A DNA stretch of 63,659 nucleotides, filler included, from Trichomonas gallinae (taxonomy: Eukaryota): assembly GCA_008369845.1 (NCBI GenBank). It is 11 parts of 11 records of this genome, joined end to end, with 100 filler letters (N's around TTAATTAATTAA, not from the genome) between each part and the next. Parts side by side here need not be neighbours in the genome. Positions count along the whole stretch, not along the records: positions 42,900 to 44,642 come from MRSU01000649.1; positions 44,743 to 46,330 come from MRSU01000651.1; positions 46,431 to 47,515 come from MRSU01000653.1; positions 47,616 to 56,561 come from MRSU01000656.1; 7 more parts are not named here. One strand, given 5' to 3'. Position numbers and translations under genes: made by a program. Shown one piece after another: positions 44,271 through 55,614 of the stretch (the first letter of the stretch is position 1; each line of letters opens with the position of its first letter). A model generated the notes under the pieces. That model did no database searches. It saw only the letters and a list, made by a program, of their open reading frames with translations, and was not told the DNA's origin.

Positions 44271-44422
44271 TATGATTTATGATGTGATTTGCTTCCTCTC
44301 AAACTTGATGCTCAATTTTTCAATGCGCGGTAGCCAATTTTCTTTGCTCTACAAATTTTTTGTTGTTTTGTAAACATTTTACATGTCAGAGATTTGTTTA
44401 CATTGTCAGAAAATCATCGAAA

Positions 44423-44642
44423 CTGCTTCTTTCTCTCTCTGCCGATAGATAGAACTTAATACAACACCCGACGGCAAAGTGTACCTTGTATCTAAGCAGT
44501 TCAATGGCGAGGTTACTGTTCCTTCACAGATCAACGGAATCACAATTGTTGCTATTAACGATAAGGGCTTTTCTTGGAGTAAGATCACGAAACTTGATCT
44601 AAGTCAAACCAATATAACAACTATAAATTCCATAGATAATTG
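44423..44642 (+). pseudogene. BspA-like (TpLRR) gene 5' fragment without an in-frame ATG, truncated by the gap
   Basis: GEVTVPSQINGITIVAINDKGFSWSKITKLDLSQTNITTI is a TpLRR-type repeat. It is preceded by an in-frame TAG, and a signal-like LLLSLS lies in another frame. Confidence 0.5.
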
Positions 44643-44807
44643 NNNNNNNNNNNNNNNNNNNNNNNNNNNNNNNNNNNNNNNNNNNNTTAATTAATTAANN
44701 NNNNNNNNNNNNNNNNNNNNNNNNNNNNNNNNNNNNNNNNNNTCAGACAAAAGAAGACCGATGCCTTACAGCATGTTCATTTTTTTCAGAACGCCGAATC
44801 TTCCGCA

Positions 44808-44856
44808 TTCACTGATTCACACACATACACACTCACACACACTCTCTCACACACAA
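44808..44856. repeat. degenerate (CA)/(CT) microsatellite
   Basis: ttcacacacatacacactcacacacactctctcacacaca. Confidence 0.7.
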
Positions 44857-45543
44857 ACCTCTGAGTCACAGATTTTGCATTTCTCACTCACAGCATTTTT
44901 TTTTTTTTATTTTTTGCATTTGTTTATTAATACAGACGAATAACATTCAATGTTTCTCTATTCTTTATTAAGCTCTAGATTTCTCAGCAAATGGTTTATA
45001 ATTCTATTGAACTAATGCACATATGCATAACATGTGCCGTTATAAACTTTCAACCGGTGACAAAAGCGCTTTTATTAATACTTTTTGTTCTGATTAAAGA
45101 AATTGAACTTTCAAAATCATATTTATCAACCATTTCTTTCATTTTGAATGTAAATATATGATGTCTAAAGTAAAACAAGTCTTTGAATTTTAAATTGACT
45201 ATATATACTTGATTTTGTATTTTGTAAAAGTGACAGTAATTATATTGAGCTCAATACTTTTTCTGTCTAATTTTAATCTATTAAACCGCATACTATGGAA
45301 TATGATTGTTTACTGGTTTGTCACTTTTGGAAATGCTATGAAATAAAATATGAATAAAATCAATCATATATAGTGATTTGCATTTTATATTTTTGACTAT
45401 GCTTTGAAAATTGTTTAATCGAATTCAATCTTTTCTGACATCATTGAAAACTAAAAAAAATCAAAATAATTGCAACAGTATCTATATGCATAGTTATATT
45501 TAACTAAAATAATTAACTGTTTTTTATTATTTTATTTAAAAAA

Positions 45544-46330
45544 ATGATTTTGTTTCTTTATTTAAGCAATTGTCGTGTATTCAGCACTCCTGGGATTTAT
45601 AATATATCTCTTAGCGCTGGATATTATAATATTTCTATAATTGGAGCTCAAGGAGGCAAAGCTTGCATAAATGGGAAAATTGCAAGTACTTTTGGCGGAC
45701 ATGGAGCTATAATTAAAGGAACACTACATCTTACAGGCAACGCATCATATAATATTATTGTAGGATCATCTCCGACAACTAATTGTAACGGAGATATTAA
45801 TTTCGGTGGTAAATTTGGTTTTGGTGGCAATAGTGGACAAGATTTTGAATATGGTGCTGGTACTGATCAAGGTGGAGGTGGTGGTGGATATTCAAGTTTT
45901 GAAAAAATCGATTTAAATTCTTTTATTGCAATCTCAGGAGGTGGATCTGGTGCTACATATTACACTAATGGAACAAGTGCTGGTGGTATAGGCTATAATT
46001 ATTATATGAATTCAAATTATTCTGAAGATATATGCGTTGATAATTGTTTCGAAATCGGAACACATGGTGGAAATGGAATTTCTTCTCAAATTATGCCAGG
46101 GAGTGGGGGTGGAGGTGGTGCTAAAGGAGGTAAAGGTGGAGATGTGTCAATGAGAAATGTATATAATAGCAATGGAAAAGGAGGTTCGAGTGATTTTAAT
46201 GAATCGTATTTCTTCGGCAAACCAACAGTCATTGATGGGGCCCACAACACAGCAACAGGAGATGGATCTGTGACAATTGAACCTTTAGTGATCTGTCCAC
46301 ATTCTTGTTCCGATTGCGATTTCAACAATC
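45544..46330 (+). CDS. glycine-rich (ALK/LTK-type) surface protein, paralog of 21743-23281, 3'-truncated by the gap
   Basis: GYYNISIIGAQGG...GGHGAII...GGGGGGYS...AISGGGSGA...GGSS...GDGSVTI followed by CPHSCSDC. Confidence 0.88.
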
Positions 46331-46530
46331 NNNNNNNNNNNNNNNNNNNNNNNNNNNNNNNNNNNNNNNNNNNNTTAATTAATTAANNNNNNNNNNNNNN
46401 NNNNNNNNNNNNNNNNNNNNNNNNNNNNNNTGTTACAGTTTTAACACGTTTTTGTTTTAATCAGATAATATTATTTTGAAAAATTGTGTTTGAGTGCTTT
46501 TGAAAATATATGTCCTGTACCGAAATGCGG

Positions 46531-46630
46531 AACGAAAAGTGACAGGTTTACATGTCGGATTTGACACGTAAAGTGTTCAAAAAGTGACAGAACTAAAACA
46601 GGGGTGGAGGCTCAATTTAAAAAAGTGACA
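46531..46630 (+). repeat. ~100-bp diverged direct repeat (second copy 47273-47369) rich in AAAAGTGACA motifs; probable duplicated regulatory module
   Basis: Collinear blocks AACGAAAAGT, GTTTACAT, TTTGACACGTAAA, AAAAGTGACA, AGGGGTG, CTCAATTT and AAAAGTGACA in both copies. Confidence 0.75.
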
Positions 46631-47615
46631 TTGAATTAAGATTCCATTTTTAGATTATATACCTTATACGAAATATACATATGAGTAGTTTAGATTTTAA
46701 ATTTATTAAAATTCATAAAATTGAAATTCATCAATTAACAATTTTTGAATCATTTTTATACAATTTGAGAAAATTTCTTAATTTTTAAATGAAATATAAG
46801 AAAAATAGAACGATAGCTAATATGGATATTAGATTTAGTGTTTAAATATGCAACAAAACGAGATGTTATGTTGAACCGTTTGTGATTTTTATAATGTTCG
46901 TCATTACCATATGGTGAAATCATTTTTATCAAATGGAATACCAAATTTTGTTAATGCTTTACAACTAAAAATATGACTGTATATAATCAATGGAAGTATG
47001 AGGAAATCAAGAATAATATTTCAAAATATAAACTAGAATTTATATTTTTTTACCTTGATGCAACTCAATATATATTCGACTTTGAGTGTTTTTAACCAAT
47101 GCTATAAAAGTTGTTACAGATGCCTTCCACATATTAATTAAAAATAAATATGAAATATCATCTAAATAAAAAAGTAAATTTACTAGTAGCACATAAAACA
47201 AGTATATGCACAAAACAACACAATATGCAATTATGTGTTTTATGTGCATATGAATTTTACAAATGCATATGTAACGAAAAGTAGCGTGTTTACATATCAG
47301 TTTGACACGTAAATTATCCCAAAAGTGACATAATTAAAAGGGGTGAGGTCTCAATTTTTAAAAGTGACAGTTTAGATAGAGGTTGCATCCATATTGTCAC
47401 TTTTTATATAAGTTTCATGTATTGTTGTGAAACAATAGACAACTTGCCAAAAGTAAAACAATTTTGGTATAAGACTCTTATTTCGGAAAATTAATAAGAA
47501 GATTGGGAAAAGAATNNNNNNNNNNNNNNNNNNNNNNNNNNNNNNNNNNNNNNNNNNNNTTAATTAATTAANNNNNNNNNNNNNNNNNNNNNNNNNNNNN
47601 NNNNNNNNNNNNNNN

Positions 47616-47699
47616 GGTTTTAGTATGTCACAGCTTACTTTCGCTCCATTGGGTTTCGTCCGTTAAAATAAGGTTCTGAGTTGCAATACCTTTCCCCTA
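47616..47699 (-). mobile_element. possible transposon end at contig edge (...TTTCCCC-TAA)
   Basis: GC-richer segment abutting the gap whose reverse complement starts (T)TAGGGGAAAGG, compatible with hAT or with Harbinger plus a TWA target. Confidence 0.3.
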
Positions 47700-47814
47700 A
47701 ATAATTTTGTCAGACCCAATATATAAAAAACAAATCTTAAAAATCACAAATTTCTCAACAAAAAGAAATAACTCTCTGAGTAATTAAATAAAAGCAGACA
47801 AAATTGACAAAAAA

Positions 47815-50800
47815 ATGGAGTTTTTTGAGGAGATCAAGCAGACGTTGATTTCTCCTCAAACAGACGCATTAACGAAGATACTTCTCTCATGTTACACCAG
47901 GGTCAATTATGAAACCTTTTCGAAACTCGAACCTGATGATATTAAAACAAAATTTGAACAATTAATGGAATTGTTTTTAGTCTGTTCTGGACATGAAAAC
48001 GAGAATGTTAGGATGATGTCCTTCCGTGCGTGTGCTTTCTTTTTGATAAAATGCGGTTCTTACTATCTTCCATATATTATGGAAGTTTTCTACAAAATTG
48101 CAGCGAAACCAGTTACAAATGAGAAAAGCTCAGTCATATTAATGTCCATTTTCGCGTATCTCGCAGAACAGCTGCCTTGTCATCAAATTTCAGAATTAAT
48201 ATCAAAGGCAAATGTTGTTGATTTATTTACCATTTCGGATCCACTGATTATTGGCTACATTCCTAATATTATTAAGCACCTCGGACAGCTTCCATTGACT
48301 TGGCATAAAAATCTTTTAACAAAATTGGTAGAAAAGTACGGAAACGAAGAAAATATGTACTACTTCCAGAGTGTCTACGAAATACTCAACTTTAATGGAA
48401 AAGATTTGATTGATCTCATTTTTGATAAAATTCAAAACATAAGTTTGATTAATTTCATCTTTCCAGTTATTGACAAATACGCAGATACTGCAAAATACAT
48501 TAATTTATCCATCGAAAAGTTGCAAGATGAAAAAACATCAATCGGAGAACTTGATTGCGCATTACAATTAATCTCATCTCACGTCACACAAGTATCATTA
48601 CAAAATGAGACGCTTAAATTTACTTGTAACGAGAAAACTTTAGAAATAACAAATGCAAAAATCTTAAAATGCGCAACTCTTTACAAATTACCATTCCCAA
48701 TTGATCAGTTCCAGCTTTTGGAAAATGATTCAGGAAAAATTATCGAATCTAAATTTATTTCAATCGGAAAACTTGTTAAAGACGATAATCAACTTTTAAA
48801 TCACTTTATTGATTTCCTGTCTAAGCCGTATTCAAGTGATACAACATTCGTACTTCAAGCACTTGCACAAACGATTAATGATTTTTCATATTCTGATAAT
48901 TTAGCATTTTTACTTCAGAAATTATTCTTTTCGAGACAAGCCAACTGGTATAACACATCAGATGTACTTTCAGTTATTTATAACGTTAAAGACGAAATGT
49001 TGATAAAATTATTTGGTAAAAATGGCCTCAAATCAATCATTGAGAAATGCTGCCGCTATGTTTGCAGCCGTGCTGATGGTTTAATCAATATTGCAACATC
49101 AGTTGTTGTTAAAATAATTTTAGCAAATATTGAATTTTACGAAGAATGGACATTATTCATTGCTCAGCAGATAGATTTCACCGATGACACAAATTTAGTT
49201 GCTCAATTATATCTTTTACAAGCAATTATTCAAAAAACAAAAGATCACAAATTAAATCATATCCAATTTGTCATTGAAATCCTCATGGAGAACTGTTATC
49301 TATATCATACCAATTTAGACACACTTACATCAATATTTTTCTTCATTTCTAATTTCCCAATGGCTCCTGTCTCCAGGTCAATTCTTAAGTACATGTTCCT
49401 TGAGGCAATCATTGTAATAGTTGCCTGCTACAGATATTTCTCAGGTAACATGTGGCTGCCTGCAATTCCTTTAGATAAAGTCACTAAAAGATACGAATTG
49501 TTCACACAATACGTGAATGCTGAAACTATTGACATCACATCTGTTCCAAATGTCTATACATCATTCAAACCATTCGATGCCGCGATAAAATTTATTATGA
49601 ATTTCAGTGTTCATGACTTTGGTCAGCCTTTCTTCTTTGATTTGATCGATAGGATATATCCAATATTCCAGAGTGATGTGATTAAGTTCATTTATCGCGA
49701 GTGGCCGTCAATGGATCCGCAATCACAGATTAGAATGCTCCAGGACATCGCTAACATAGCATGGAACAGCAAGGAGAAGGATATATACAGGATGGCTGTT
49801 TTATTCTGCGAAGCATCGAAAACTCAGTTCGTAGATAACTTTTCTCCATCGAGAGCCATTGTTTCTCCAGTTATTGACTCATTCCTGCCCTTCTCGAAGA
49901 CAATGAGTGATAAGCACATGGCTGCCATTTATCTGTTCAAGAATCGCGAAATGGATCAAGTTTCAGACGAAATTAAACAAATTGCAGACAAAATTGATGC
50001 AAATCTCAACAAGAAGCGTGAAAAAACATACGTTGAAGAGAAGCCAATAGTTTTCAGTCCAAAAGAAAACGGATTAACAAAGATTATCAAAGATGATTTA
50101 TCAGATTTAGAAAAAGAAACAATACAAGCCTTAGTTACAAGAGACAGCTATGCATTAAGAATCTGCACGTCCAAGAAACAGCCACAGTTTCCATTCTACG
50201 TTTTTGAAGAAGCAGCTAAAAAGTATTTGCAAAAACCAAATATTACAGAATTTGCTGATGAAATTGCGAAAAGCGAAAGGCCAAGAAAGAATGACGTCCT
50301 GAAGCTGATGAATCTTATGAACGACGAAGAAATAAGTTTTGAAAACGCAATGAATATTTTCGAAAAAATGATTTCTGACGTCGAAGAGAAGAACAGGCTT
50401 CGTACTGGTCTGAATTTCGGTTATCTTTTCGCCACTACAACAACAAAAGCAGAAACTACTGATCTACAAAAAATGTTCGACCGCGCAGCATCGAAATATA
50501 TTTTAGATGAAGTTTATTACTTTAATAGATTATTCTGTGCTTTAATTTCAAGGGGATGTACAGGAACTACTCAGCTTTCTTATACGACATTCCCAGGCAT
50601 GATTGTTTTCGACGAGAAAGTGAAGATATTCGGCTTGCAGAAAGGCATGCCTTACAATGCGGTCTTCCCAACGAGATGCTTCAATGAGCAGCTCCCTTCC
50701 AATTATATGTGTGGACTCAGACTTGTTTGCCACGCCGCTTCTTTCTTGACGCGTTCGACAGCTTTCGGATGCCTTAAAGACGGATTCACTGCGTCAATGA

Positions 50801-51555
50801 AGACATTGATGAGGCACAAAAAAGTTTACTGCGGAGGTGATTTGCTTTGCTCAGCTTTTTCGTCTATGTTCGATTACACTGAACTTTCTGATGCTTTTGT
50901 TGCGAAAATTCCAAAACTCGAATTGACGACATATGATCCTGTTTTCACTGATCTTGCTCCATGCTTCCCGCTCTTGTTCGCGTCGAGACTGCCTGGCGCA
51001 CATGATTATGAACTCATCTGTGGACTCTGCAACAAGTTTTTGTTCACGCCGCCTTCTGAAATATTATTTGATGCATACATCAGTTCGCTCAACGCAAGAA
51101 TTGACATCACATCAAATCCATCAATAAGAGACACAATTGTCACTGATCCTCTTTTGAGTGCTATGAGGAATTTCAAGGACTACGAATGCTACTGGGTGAG
51201 CAGGCTGCTCTTCGAGTGGTTTAGGGTCATCGTGAGAACTTCTGGAATTGTTCAAACATTGTCTATGATTACGATTCAATTCGTTAGATATGTGCCGAGA
51301 TTCTCAACTATTTTTGTGGCAGCCATGATGCTGCTCGACCAAAATTGGCCAAACATGACTGAAGACGAAGTAGAGCAGGCACAGCAGATGTTAAACTCAG
51401 CGCAAGTGACGCTGACATGTAAGGCACACACAGCTGCATTCATCTTACTCGGTAAGAGGGAGAACAGGAAGTTGGCAATTGATTTGGCTTTTGCACCAAA
51501 TGATACAGAAGGAACAGACAAAATATCGATTCCTATCATAGAAAGTATAAAATAA
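47815..51555 (+). CDS. large HEAT/ARM-repeat protein (1246 aa) with huntingtin-like N-terminal HEAT region
   Basis: Helical-repeat composition. MELFLVCSGHENENVRM...LP...YK...FAYLA...IPNII aligns with huntingtin MELFLLCSDDAESDVRM...LP...YK...FAELA...VPKIM. Confidence 0.6.
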   Translation: MEFFEEIKQTLISPQTDALTKILLSCYTRVNYETFSKLEPDDIKTKFEQLMELFLVCSGHENENVRMMSFRACAFFLIKCGSYYLPYIMEVFYKIAAKPVTNEKSSVILMSIFAYLAEQLPCHQISELISKANVVDLFTISDPLIIGYIPNIIKHLGQLPLTWHKNLLTKLVEKYGNEENMYYFQSVYEILNFNGKDLIDLIFDKIQNISLINFIFPVIDKYADTAKYINLSIEKLQDEKTSIGELDCALQLISSHVTQVSLQNETLKFTCNEKTLEITNAKILKCATLYKLPFPIDQFQLLENDSGKIIESKFISIGKLVKDDNQLLNHFIDFLSKPYSSDTTFVLQALAQTINDFSYSDNLAFLLQKLFFSRQANWYNTSDVLSVIYNVKDEMLIKLFGKNGLKSIIEKCCRYVCSRADGLINIATSVVVKIILANIEFYEEWTLFIAQQIDFTDDTNLVAQLYLLQAIIQKTKDHKLNHIQFVIEILMENCYLYHTNLDTLTSIFFFISNFPMAPVSRSILKYMFLEAIIVIVACYRYFSGNMWLPAIPLDKVTKRYELFTQYVNAETIDITSVPNVYTSFKPFDAAIKFIMNFSVHDFGQPFFFDLIDRIYPIFQSDVIKFIYREWPSMDPQSQIRMLQDIANIAWNSKEKDIYRMAVLFCEASKTQFVDNFSPSRAIVSPVIDSFLPFSKTMSDKHMAAIYLFKNREMDQVSDEIKQIADKIDANLNKKREKTYVEEKPIVFSPKENGLTKIIKDDLSDLEKETIQALVTRDSYALRICTSKKQPQFPFYVFEEAAKKYLQKPNITEFADEIAKSERPRKNDVLKLMNLMNDEEISFENAMNIFEKMISDVEEKNRLRTGLNFGYLFATTTTKAETTDLQKMFDRAASKYILDEVYYFNRLFCALISRGCTGTTQLSYTTFPGMIVFDEKVKIFGLQKGMPYNAVFPTRCFNEQLPSNYMCGLRLVCHAASFLTRSTAFGCLKDGFTASMKTLMRHKKVYCGGDLLCSAFSSMFDYTELSDAFVAKIPKLELTTYDPVFTDLAPCFPLLFASRLPGAHDYELICGLCNKFLFTPPSEILFDAYISSLNARIDITSNPSIRDTIVTDPLLSAMRNFKDYECYWVSRLLFEWFRVIVRTSGIVQTLSMITIQFVRYVPRFSTIFVAAMMLLDQNWPNMTEDEVEQAQQMLNSAQVTLTCKAHTAAFILLGKRENRKLAIDLAFAPNDTEGTDKISIPIIESIK

Positions 51556-52114
51556 AAGTTTTGTTTTAGTTTTAATAACTTAAAATATTTGTTAAATTAA
51601 AAATAGAGAGAACAAAATGTGAAATTAATAAACTCTCTATACAATATGATGATGTGATTATATATTTTTTGATAATTTCAAAAAAAAAAAAAAAAAAAAA
51701 ATTGCGATTATGAAAATTGTTGAAAATAGAATATATGTAGCTGAACTTTCATTATTTGCTGCTATTCTCTAATCCACATCCAATTTGTAAGAGTTGTAAC
51801 TTTTAAGATACCGTCTTACGCGTTGTTCTCATCATCTTAAGATTTGTTACATGTATATCGAGTGCAGCATATGTTAAATTTAATACAATAAGACAAATTT
51901 TTTATAGATTGAATAAATCTTTAATATTTCGCATATGTTAAATGGGAAAAAGTGAAGCTATACATGTGAAGATTATATATTAATAGACCACATGAAAAAT
52001 TTTAATAAATTCAAAAAAATTTGATGCAAAATGAATTAATATAGTATTTTCATGGTGAAAATGAAATAAAAATGAACTTTGTTGACTCTGTCACTTTTAC
52101 AGAAATTTTGGAAA

Positions 52115-55100
52115 ATGAACATTGTTGAATTATATAATGGCTTAAGGAATACTCAAAATACAGACTTCATAGAACTTACTCAAGCCATTACATCATATCA
52201 GTCAAATATTGAGTCGTTTGACGAACTCGTTGGGTTGATTATGAATCCACCAGACGAATATATTCAAAATCAAGCAACAATTAGCCTTGGAAAGTGCATA
52301 AAATCTAACAGAGAACAGTTGTTAATGAATGAATCATGTGTTATAACAATATTAAATTTAGCTTATTTTCCAAATTCAGAATTTGTCAGAGAAAACATCA
52401 CATTCTACATTAAAGATTCATTCTGCACACCAAAATTAGCTGAAGACATCTACAATTTCATCCGAAATTACAATATTTCGTCAATTATTGATCTTCAAGC
52501 GACTTTGAAGCTTCTGATTGTTATTATTGATGATTTAGTTAACACTAACATTGACATTGATAATGCTGCACAATACATATCCGAAATCATTAAACTAGCA
52601 AGTGAAGCAAATATTTTAGATAATTGGATGATTTTAATTGTAAAACTCTCGCAACTACAATCAAACGATTTCTGCATAGATTTGCCAAACATCGTCGTTA
52701 AATCTGTCGAACATCTAAAAAATTTAGCAAATGCAAAACAAATTTATTTATGCTTCAAGTTTTGTCAGTTCTTTTCTGATTTTATTGAGGAGGAAATACC
52801 TGGATTCCTGATGATGGCGGATGAAGCAGCTGCAGCTCAGCTTTTTGAAGCAATTAAATTTAGTTTTCCAAAACTGATCGAACTTATACAAAATAACTCT
52901 TTATTTGAAACAATTAGAAGGAATGTTATCAATGTTTGCAACTCTCTTTTAGAAAAATACACAGAACAAATTCAATCAGGATTACAGCAAGAATTAGTTG
53001 AATTATTACAAGCCTATACAATTTTTATCATCGAAACATTTAATTCCACAGATGAGGAAGTCAATTTACTCTTTGATAACGATTATCAATATTTTATTCC
53101 TTATATTATTAACGATAATGACATATTTTCTTATGTATTTGAGCTTATTTCCAACCTTGAAGATACGGAAGTATCAATATTTGCAAAAATAAGCCTCTTA
53201 ACATCAACATTTGATGAAAATTGCAGTTTTTATGACGAAGAGCACTTAAACTTCGCTATTGAATTGCTCGAAAGTGGTATTAAGAGTGAATCAGAGTTTA
53301 TCAGGTCTCTTTCTGCTTCATCTATCAATATTTTCGCGCGAGAATTTAAAGTAAATAATATTAATGGCTTATTGTATGGAATTCTCGAAGCATTGAAAGA
53401 TTATCCAGCTGAACAGTACCTTGAAACACTCAACAGTATCATTGAAAGACTTCCAAACACAGATTTAATTTTCAGAGACGTTTTAACGATTTTAATCGAA
53501 AAAATTTCATTAAACTCATTCATATTTTCAGCCTTCAAGTGCCTGGCTTCATTATTATTAAAAGGAAGTGAGGAAGTTATTATTTTCGAGGCAGGTGAAA
53601 TTTATGGAGATATACAGCCGTTTCTGGGCTCAGAAGAACTTGGAATAAGACAATTAGCTATTTACACTGTCTCAATTCTTATTTCAATTGTTCCAAATAT
53701 TTTCACTTCAGAACTTGAAGGTTTGGTTCAGTTAATTATAGAAGACTTCCATTCAGAAAGTCCGTCATTTGAAGCAATTCACACATTTTCGGTTATTTTG
53801 AATAATTTTGATAAATCATTATTTAGTGAGATTCTCCGTCCAGTTCTTGAGATAATAATGTGCAATGTCATCAACCCCAAGGCCAATATAGCAGATGAAT
53901 TCATCTTTTCAGGTGATTTTGATCCAGAAGAAGATTCAAACGATTATTCAGCAAACAACAGCCTAATTATTGCATCCGCAATCAAGCTTGCTTGCCAAAT
54001 AATTTCTCTAAACATCCATGAATTCACAGATTTTATTGTTCCATTATTCGAATGTTTGAATAACCAAATTTCATCATTCAGCTCTGCCGTTAAAGCCTCG
54101 TGCGCCGCTGGCTTACGCTACATTCTCCAAGGACTTACTGTTTCTGATGAAATAACAAATCAAGTTCTTATAAATGTTACTACTTTTACGTTACAAGGCG
54201 TAACATCGGCATCAGACATGGATTCACTCAATGAATTCTTCATTACTTTAGCAAAAACAATTGATTATTATTCATCTCGCGGAATTTCGCTTGCAGACTA
54301 TGTTCAGAGGCTTTATATTGCGATTGATATTGCAACAAATGGAAATCCGATGATAAGAGCAGAAGATTTGTCACAAACAGATAAATCTTCATTAGATTTC
54401 ATTTATTCTTTGCTTTCTAACCAATTTATGCAACAAATCGTATTGGAATCTGATGCACTCAAGGATATAGTAGTGAATTACTTCGAAGGTCCCAAAGATC
54501 AAACATATGCTTTTGATTTCTTTGCTAAATGTGTGAATTTGATTCCTATGGAGATGCTTGAAGTCATATTAGAAATATGCATCAATGACCCATCAGCCTA
54601 TAATACAAATGGCCATGCATTAAGATGTTTGACTGCAATTTCAGTTGCTTTGCATAGAAACGACATTTTCGATACTATTTTAGATACAGCAATCGAACTA
54701 TTTGTCTATGCAAAAAAGAATGGCAACGAAGCTTTGTCTGTTTCTTGCATGGTAACATTTGCGAGACTACAGAGAGTCATGGCAACGAAATTCCCTTACG
54801 ATAAGCTTCCTGTTGAACTGGATGCTAACTCTTTCGTTACGTATCAAGAATACGAAGTCTCAGAATGTTTAATTGATTTCTTTTTCGCTTACCAAATTGT
54901 GACGAAAGCAGATGTTTTGCCACTCATCCGCATTATGTCCACCAATCCGAAAATACTTGCACAGAGAAATCTATCCGCGACAACTTTAATGCGAATGAAA
55001 TCTTTAATTTCGTCAGCTATTGGACCAAATCCGAATTACACAGAGATTTTTAAGCATGTATATGGTGATGAAGACTGCCAGTACAAAATTCTTCTATTTC

Positions 55101-55117
55101 AACAGAATATGCAATAA
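52115..55117 (+). CDS. importin-beta/karyopherin-like acidic HEAT-repeat protein (~1000 aa)
   Basis: ATG 52115 follows the Inr GTCACTTTT. IBN_N-like start (DEYIQNQATISLGKCIK), HEAT-like units (SESEFIRSLSA, EELGIRQLAI, SSAVKASCA) and acidic loops. Confidence 0.65.
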   Translation: MNIVELYNGLRNTQNTDFIELTQAITSYQSNIESFDELVGLIMNPPDEYIQNQATISLGKCIKSNREQLLMNESCVITILNLAYFPNSEFVRENITFYIKDSFCTPKLAEDIYNFIRNYNISSIIDLQATLKLLIVIIDDLVNTNIDIDNAAQYISEIIKLASEANILDNWMILIVKLSQLQSNDFCIDLPNIVVKSVEHLKNLANAKQIYLCFKFCQFFSDFIEEEIPGFLMMADEAAAAQLFEAIKFSFPKLIELIQNNSLFETIRRNVINVCNSLLEKYTEQIQSGLQQELVELLQAYTIFIIETFNSTDEEVNLLFDNDYQYFIPYIINDNDIFSYVFELISNLEDTEVSIFAKISLLTSTFDENCSFYDEEHLNFAIELLESGIKSESEFIRSLSASSINIFAREFKVNNINGLLYGILEALKDYPAEQYLETLNSIIERLPNTDLIFRDVLTILIEKISLNSFIFSAFKCLASLLLKGSEEVIIFEAGEIYGDIQPFLGSEELGIRQLAIYTVSILISIVPNIFTSELEGLVQLIIEDFHSESPSFEAIHTFSVILNNFDKSLFSEILRPVLEIIMCNVINPKANIADEFIFSGDFDPEEDSNDYSANNSLIIASAIKLACQIISLNIHEFTDFIVPLFECLNNQISSFSSAVKASCAAGLRYILQGLTVSDEITNQVLINVTTFTLQGVTSASDMDSLNEFFITLAKTIDYYSSRGISLADYVQRLYIAIDIATNGNPMIRAEDLSQTDKSSLDFIYSLLSNQFMQQIVLESDALKDIVVNYFEGPKDQTYAFDFFAKCVNLIPMEMLEVILEICINDPSAYNTNGHALRCLTAISVALHRNDIFDTILDTAIELFVYAKKNGNEALSVSCMVTFARLQRVMATKFPYDKLPVELDANSFVTYQEYEVSECLIDFFFAYQIVTKADVLPLIRIMSTNPKILAQRNLSATTLMRMKSLISSAIGPNPNYTEIFKHVYGDEDCQYKILLFQQNMQ

Positions 55118-55474
55118 TTCTATTTAATTTCTATTTTTATATTGTTAATTCATAAAGTAATATAGACATTTCATTTTTAATGACAAATCATTACCTCATT
55201 GAACACAAAAACAATTTTTTTTATCAAAGCAAAATTAAATATTTCGATTATATATACATAAACTTAGTAAAATAATCAGAATCCAAAAGGGATTTTAATA
55301 TTAAGTCAATCACTGAATAATATGTTATATAATGTTTTTGGATTTTATATTCTTTTGATATCGATTAATTTTTCATTGCATATGCCAACTTATATCAAGT
55401 CATTTGTAGATTCAATAAATCAAAAGTAATATAATTAGATAAATTCAAATCAAAATAAATAAAAATAGAATTAT

Positions 55475-55614
55475 TCTACGATATTCTCGGGCACTGATAG
55501 GTGTCAGCATCCAGCGATACCGTTGGTTGTGTCTGCCGTGGTGAACAGATGGTGGCCACCGGACCATCAACCTGCTAATATGTCGGCAAATGTCAGACCA
55601 CGTCAAACCGTAGA
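55475..55614. ncRNA. candidate structured non-coding RNA (140 nt, 52% GC)
   Basis: Closing TCTACG/CGTAGA with internal stems GGGCAC/GTGTCT, CTGAT/GTCAG, CCAGCG/CGTTGG, TGCCG/CGGCA and GATGGT/ACCATC. No credible ORF. Confidence 0.5.

Noticed and set aside
42965..44282. Numerous overlapping short ORFs around the beta-amylase gene
   Set aside because: Shadow frames caused by high GC and codon bias of the real gene.
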